64,000 bases of DNA. Origin: Mobula hypostoma (lineage: Eukaryota). Every line of letters begins with the position of its first letter. The stretch's first letter is position 1. The position numbers and the translations under genes are program-made. The stretch is taken from the NCBI RefSeq assembly GCF_963921235.1, contig NC_086108.1, positions 106,022,001 through 106,086,000 on the forward strand, read 5' to 3'. Under the pieces are notes generated by a model, which did no database searches, was not told where the DNA came from, and saw only the letters and a program-made list of their open reading frames with translations. Positions 62,110 to 64,000 of the stretch are shown piece by piece.

Positions 62110-64000
62110 AAGTCATAGACAGAGAGTCATAGAAAAGTACAGCACAGAAACAGGCCCGTCAGCCATCTAGTCTGTGCTAAACCATTTAAACTGCCTACTC
62201 CCATTGAAATTATGGAATTGAAAAACTTACTGATTTAATCAATGACATTTATGAGACTGGAATAATATCAGAAGAGATGAAAAAAATCAGTATTTATCAC
62301 TCTTCCTAAGAAACCTGGAGCAATAGAATGTGAATTACATAGGGCTGTAAGTTTAATGATACTTCTAAGAATTTTGATGACAAGAGCTAAAAGTAAGATA
62401 CAAGCTGAAATAGGCAAAGAACAATGTGGTTTTGTGAAAGACAAAGGAACAAGAAACACAATATCGATGTTAAGGATACTATCAGAACGAGCTATTCAAG
62501 TGCAAAAAGATTTGTTTGTTTGTTTTATCAACTACACAAAAGCATTTGATAAAGTGAAGCAGATTAAGCTATTTGAAATATTACAGGAAACTCCAGATCT
62601 AGATTCAAAAGACCTCCACCTAATCAGAAATCTGTGCTGGGAACAGACTGCCGCTATAAGAATAGATGGAGAAGTGAGTCACTTTACGAAAATCAAGAGA
62701 GGCATTAGACAAGGGTGTGTTTTCTCTCCTGATTTATTTAATGTGTACAGTGAAACAATTTTACAAAAAAATAAGAGACATCTTGGGATTCAAAGTTGGT
62801 GGTGAAAACATCAATAATTTCAGATATGCGGATGACACTGCGTTAATTGCAAGTACGGAGGAAGAACTACAAAACTTAATATAGTTGTTGAAAGAAAGTG
62901 CAAAAATGGGTCTATCTATCAATTGCAAAATATCAGAATGTATGGTGATATCCAAAAAGGAGAATCCTATCTGTAAGCTGAGGATAAATGGGGAAGACAT
63001 AAAACAAGTACAGAACTTCTGTTCCTCAGGAAGCTGGGTGACATCAGATGGCAGATGTGACATGGACATCAAAAGAAGAATAGGGATGGCAAAAGACACC
63101 TTTATGAGAATGAAGAGTATACTGACCAATACTAAACTAGGCATGACAACCCACCTCAGAGTACTGAAATGTTAACGTTTATTCAGTTGTGTTATATGGC
63201 TCAGAATGTTGGACAACATCTAGTAACATGAGGAAACAAATTGATGTAGCAGAGATATAGTTTTTGAGGAAGATGCAAAGAATATCATGGACAAAATGAA
63301 TATCTAACGAGGATGTCATGAACAGAACAAACACAAAAAGAGAAATAATGTAAGAGATTATGAAAAGGCAATGTAACTTCATTGGACATGTAATTAGGAA
63401 AGAGGAGTTAGAATGCACGGTAATTATGGGAAAGATTGAAGGGAAGAAAGCAAGAGGAAGTCAAAGACAAATGATGATGGAGACAGCAGCCAGAGATTTG
63501 GAAATGAATACCAATGAATTGATCCACTTGACCCGAAACAGGAGTGTGTGGGCCATGGCAGTCAAAGCTCAAACTGGGCATGGCACCTGATGATGATGAT
63601 GACTCCCATTGACTTGCACCAGGACAATAGCCTTCCATACCCCTACTATCCATGTACCAATCCAAACTTTGCTTAAACATCGAGATCAAGCTCATATGCA
63701 CCGCTTGTGCTGGCAGCTCATTTTACACTCTCATGATCCTTTGAGTGAAAATGTTTCCCCTCATGTTCCCCTTGAACATTTCACTTTTCACCCTTAACCC
63801 ATGACCTTTAGTTGTAGTCCCAGTCAACCTCAGTAGAAAAAGCCTGCTTGTATTTACCCTACCTGTACCCCTCATAATTTTGTATGCCTCTATCAAATCT
63901 CCTCTCAATCTTCTATGTTCCAAGGAATAAACTCCTAATCTATTCGATCTTCCCATATGACTCAGCTCCTCCAGTCCCAGCAACATTCCTATAAATTTTC
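62110..64000 (-). mobile_element. CR1 3' fragment split by the RTE (~62110-62207 and 63602-64000)
   Basis: ORF 63723-63986 'LGVYSLEHRRLRGDLIEAYKIM'; tail lies on the other side of the RTE. Confidence 0.85.
62208..63601 (+). mobile_element. AT-rich RTE (BovB-like) LINE, 5'-truncated, inserted in CR1
   Basis: 'EQCGFVKDKGTRN', 'FINYTKAFDKV', 'GIRQGCVFSPDLFN', 'RYADD', 'GKIEGKKARGSQ'; (TGA)n tail; 11-bp TSD ACTCCCATTGA (62197-62207, 63602-63612). Confidence 0.9.

Noticed and set aside
1..64000. Prokaryotic-type systems (CRISPR, operons, retrons, defence islands)
   Set aside because: No repeat-spacer array or operon structure; every RT has the domain context and termini of a eukaryotic retroelement

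Overview
Eukaryotic, non-genic DNA made almost entirely of transposable-element copies and fragments, many nested inside each other. The repeat mix (CR1 LINEs, V-SINE-like SINEs, Penelope-like elements, Rex1/Babar LINEs) suggests a cartilaginous fish, probably a ray; this is an inference from repeat content, not a search result. I found no convincing host protein-coding exon. All recognisable ORFs belong to mobile elements: CR1 (including a near full-length copy with ORF1 and ORF2 and an uninterrupted 679-aa RT ORF), Rex1/Babar, two RTE families, R4/Dong, Penelope-like elements, a complete but decayed Ty3/Gypsy provirus (17141-29037) carrying hAT, CR1 and Harbinger-like insertions, a second Gypsy relic, a solo LTR, Tc1, a mariner-type MITE and a Chapaev-like element. 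I do not see evidence of a wholly new biological system. The most notable observations are: degenerate minimal hammerhead-ribozyme motifs in palindromic Penelope-derived units whose centres repeatedly hold other insertions; a tRNA-head SINE whose 3' tail matches an RTE LINE in the same window, with a second copy sharing the head but having a different tail; a hAT element with about 240-bp internal inverted repeats; and multi-level nesting that gives a relative chronology. Family names come from motif recognition by eye, and boundaries without a TSD or TIR are approximate.
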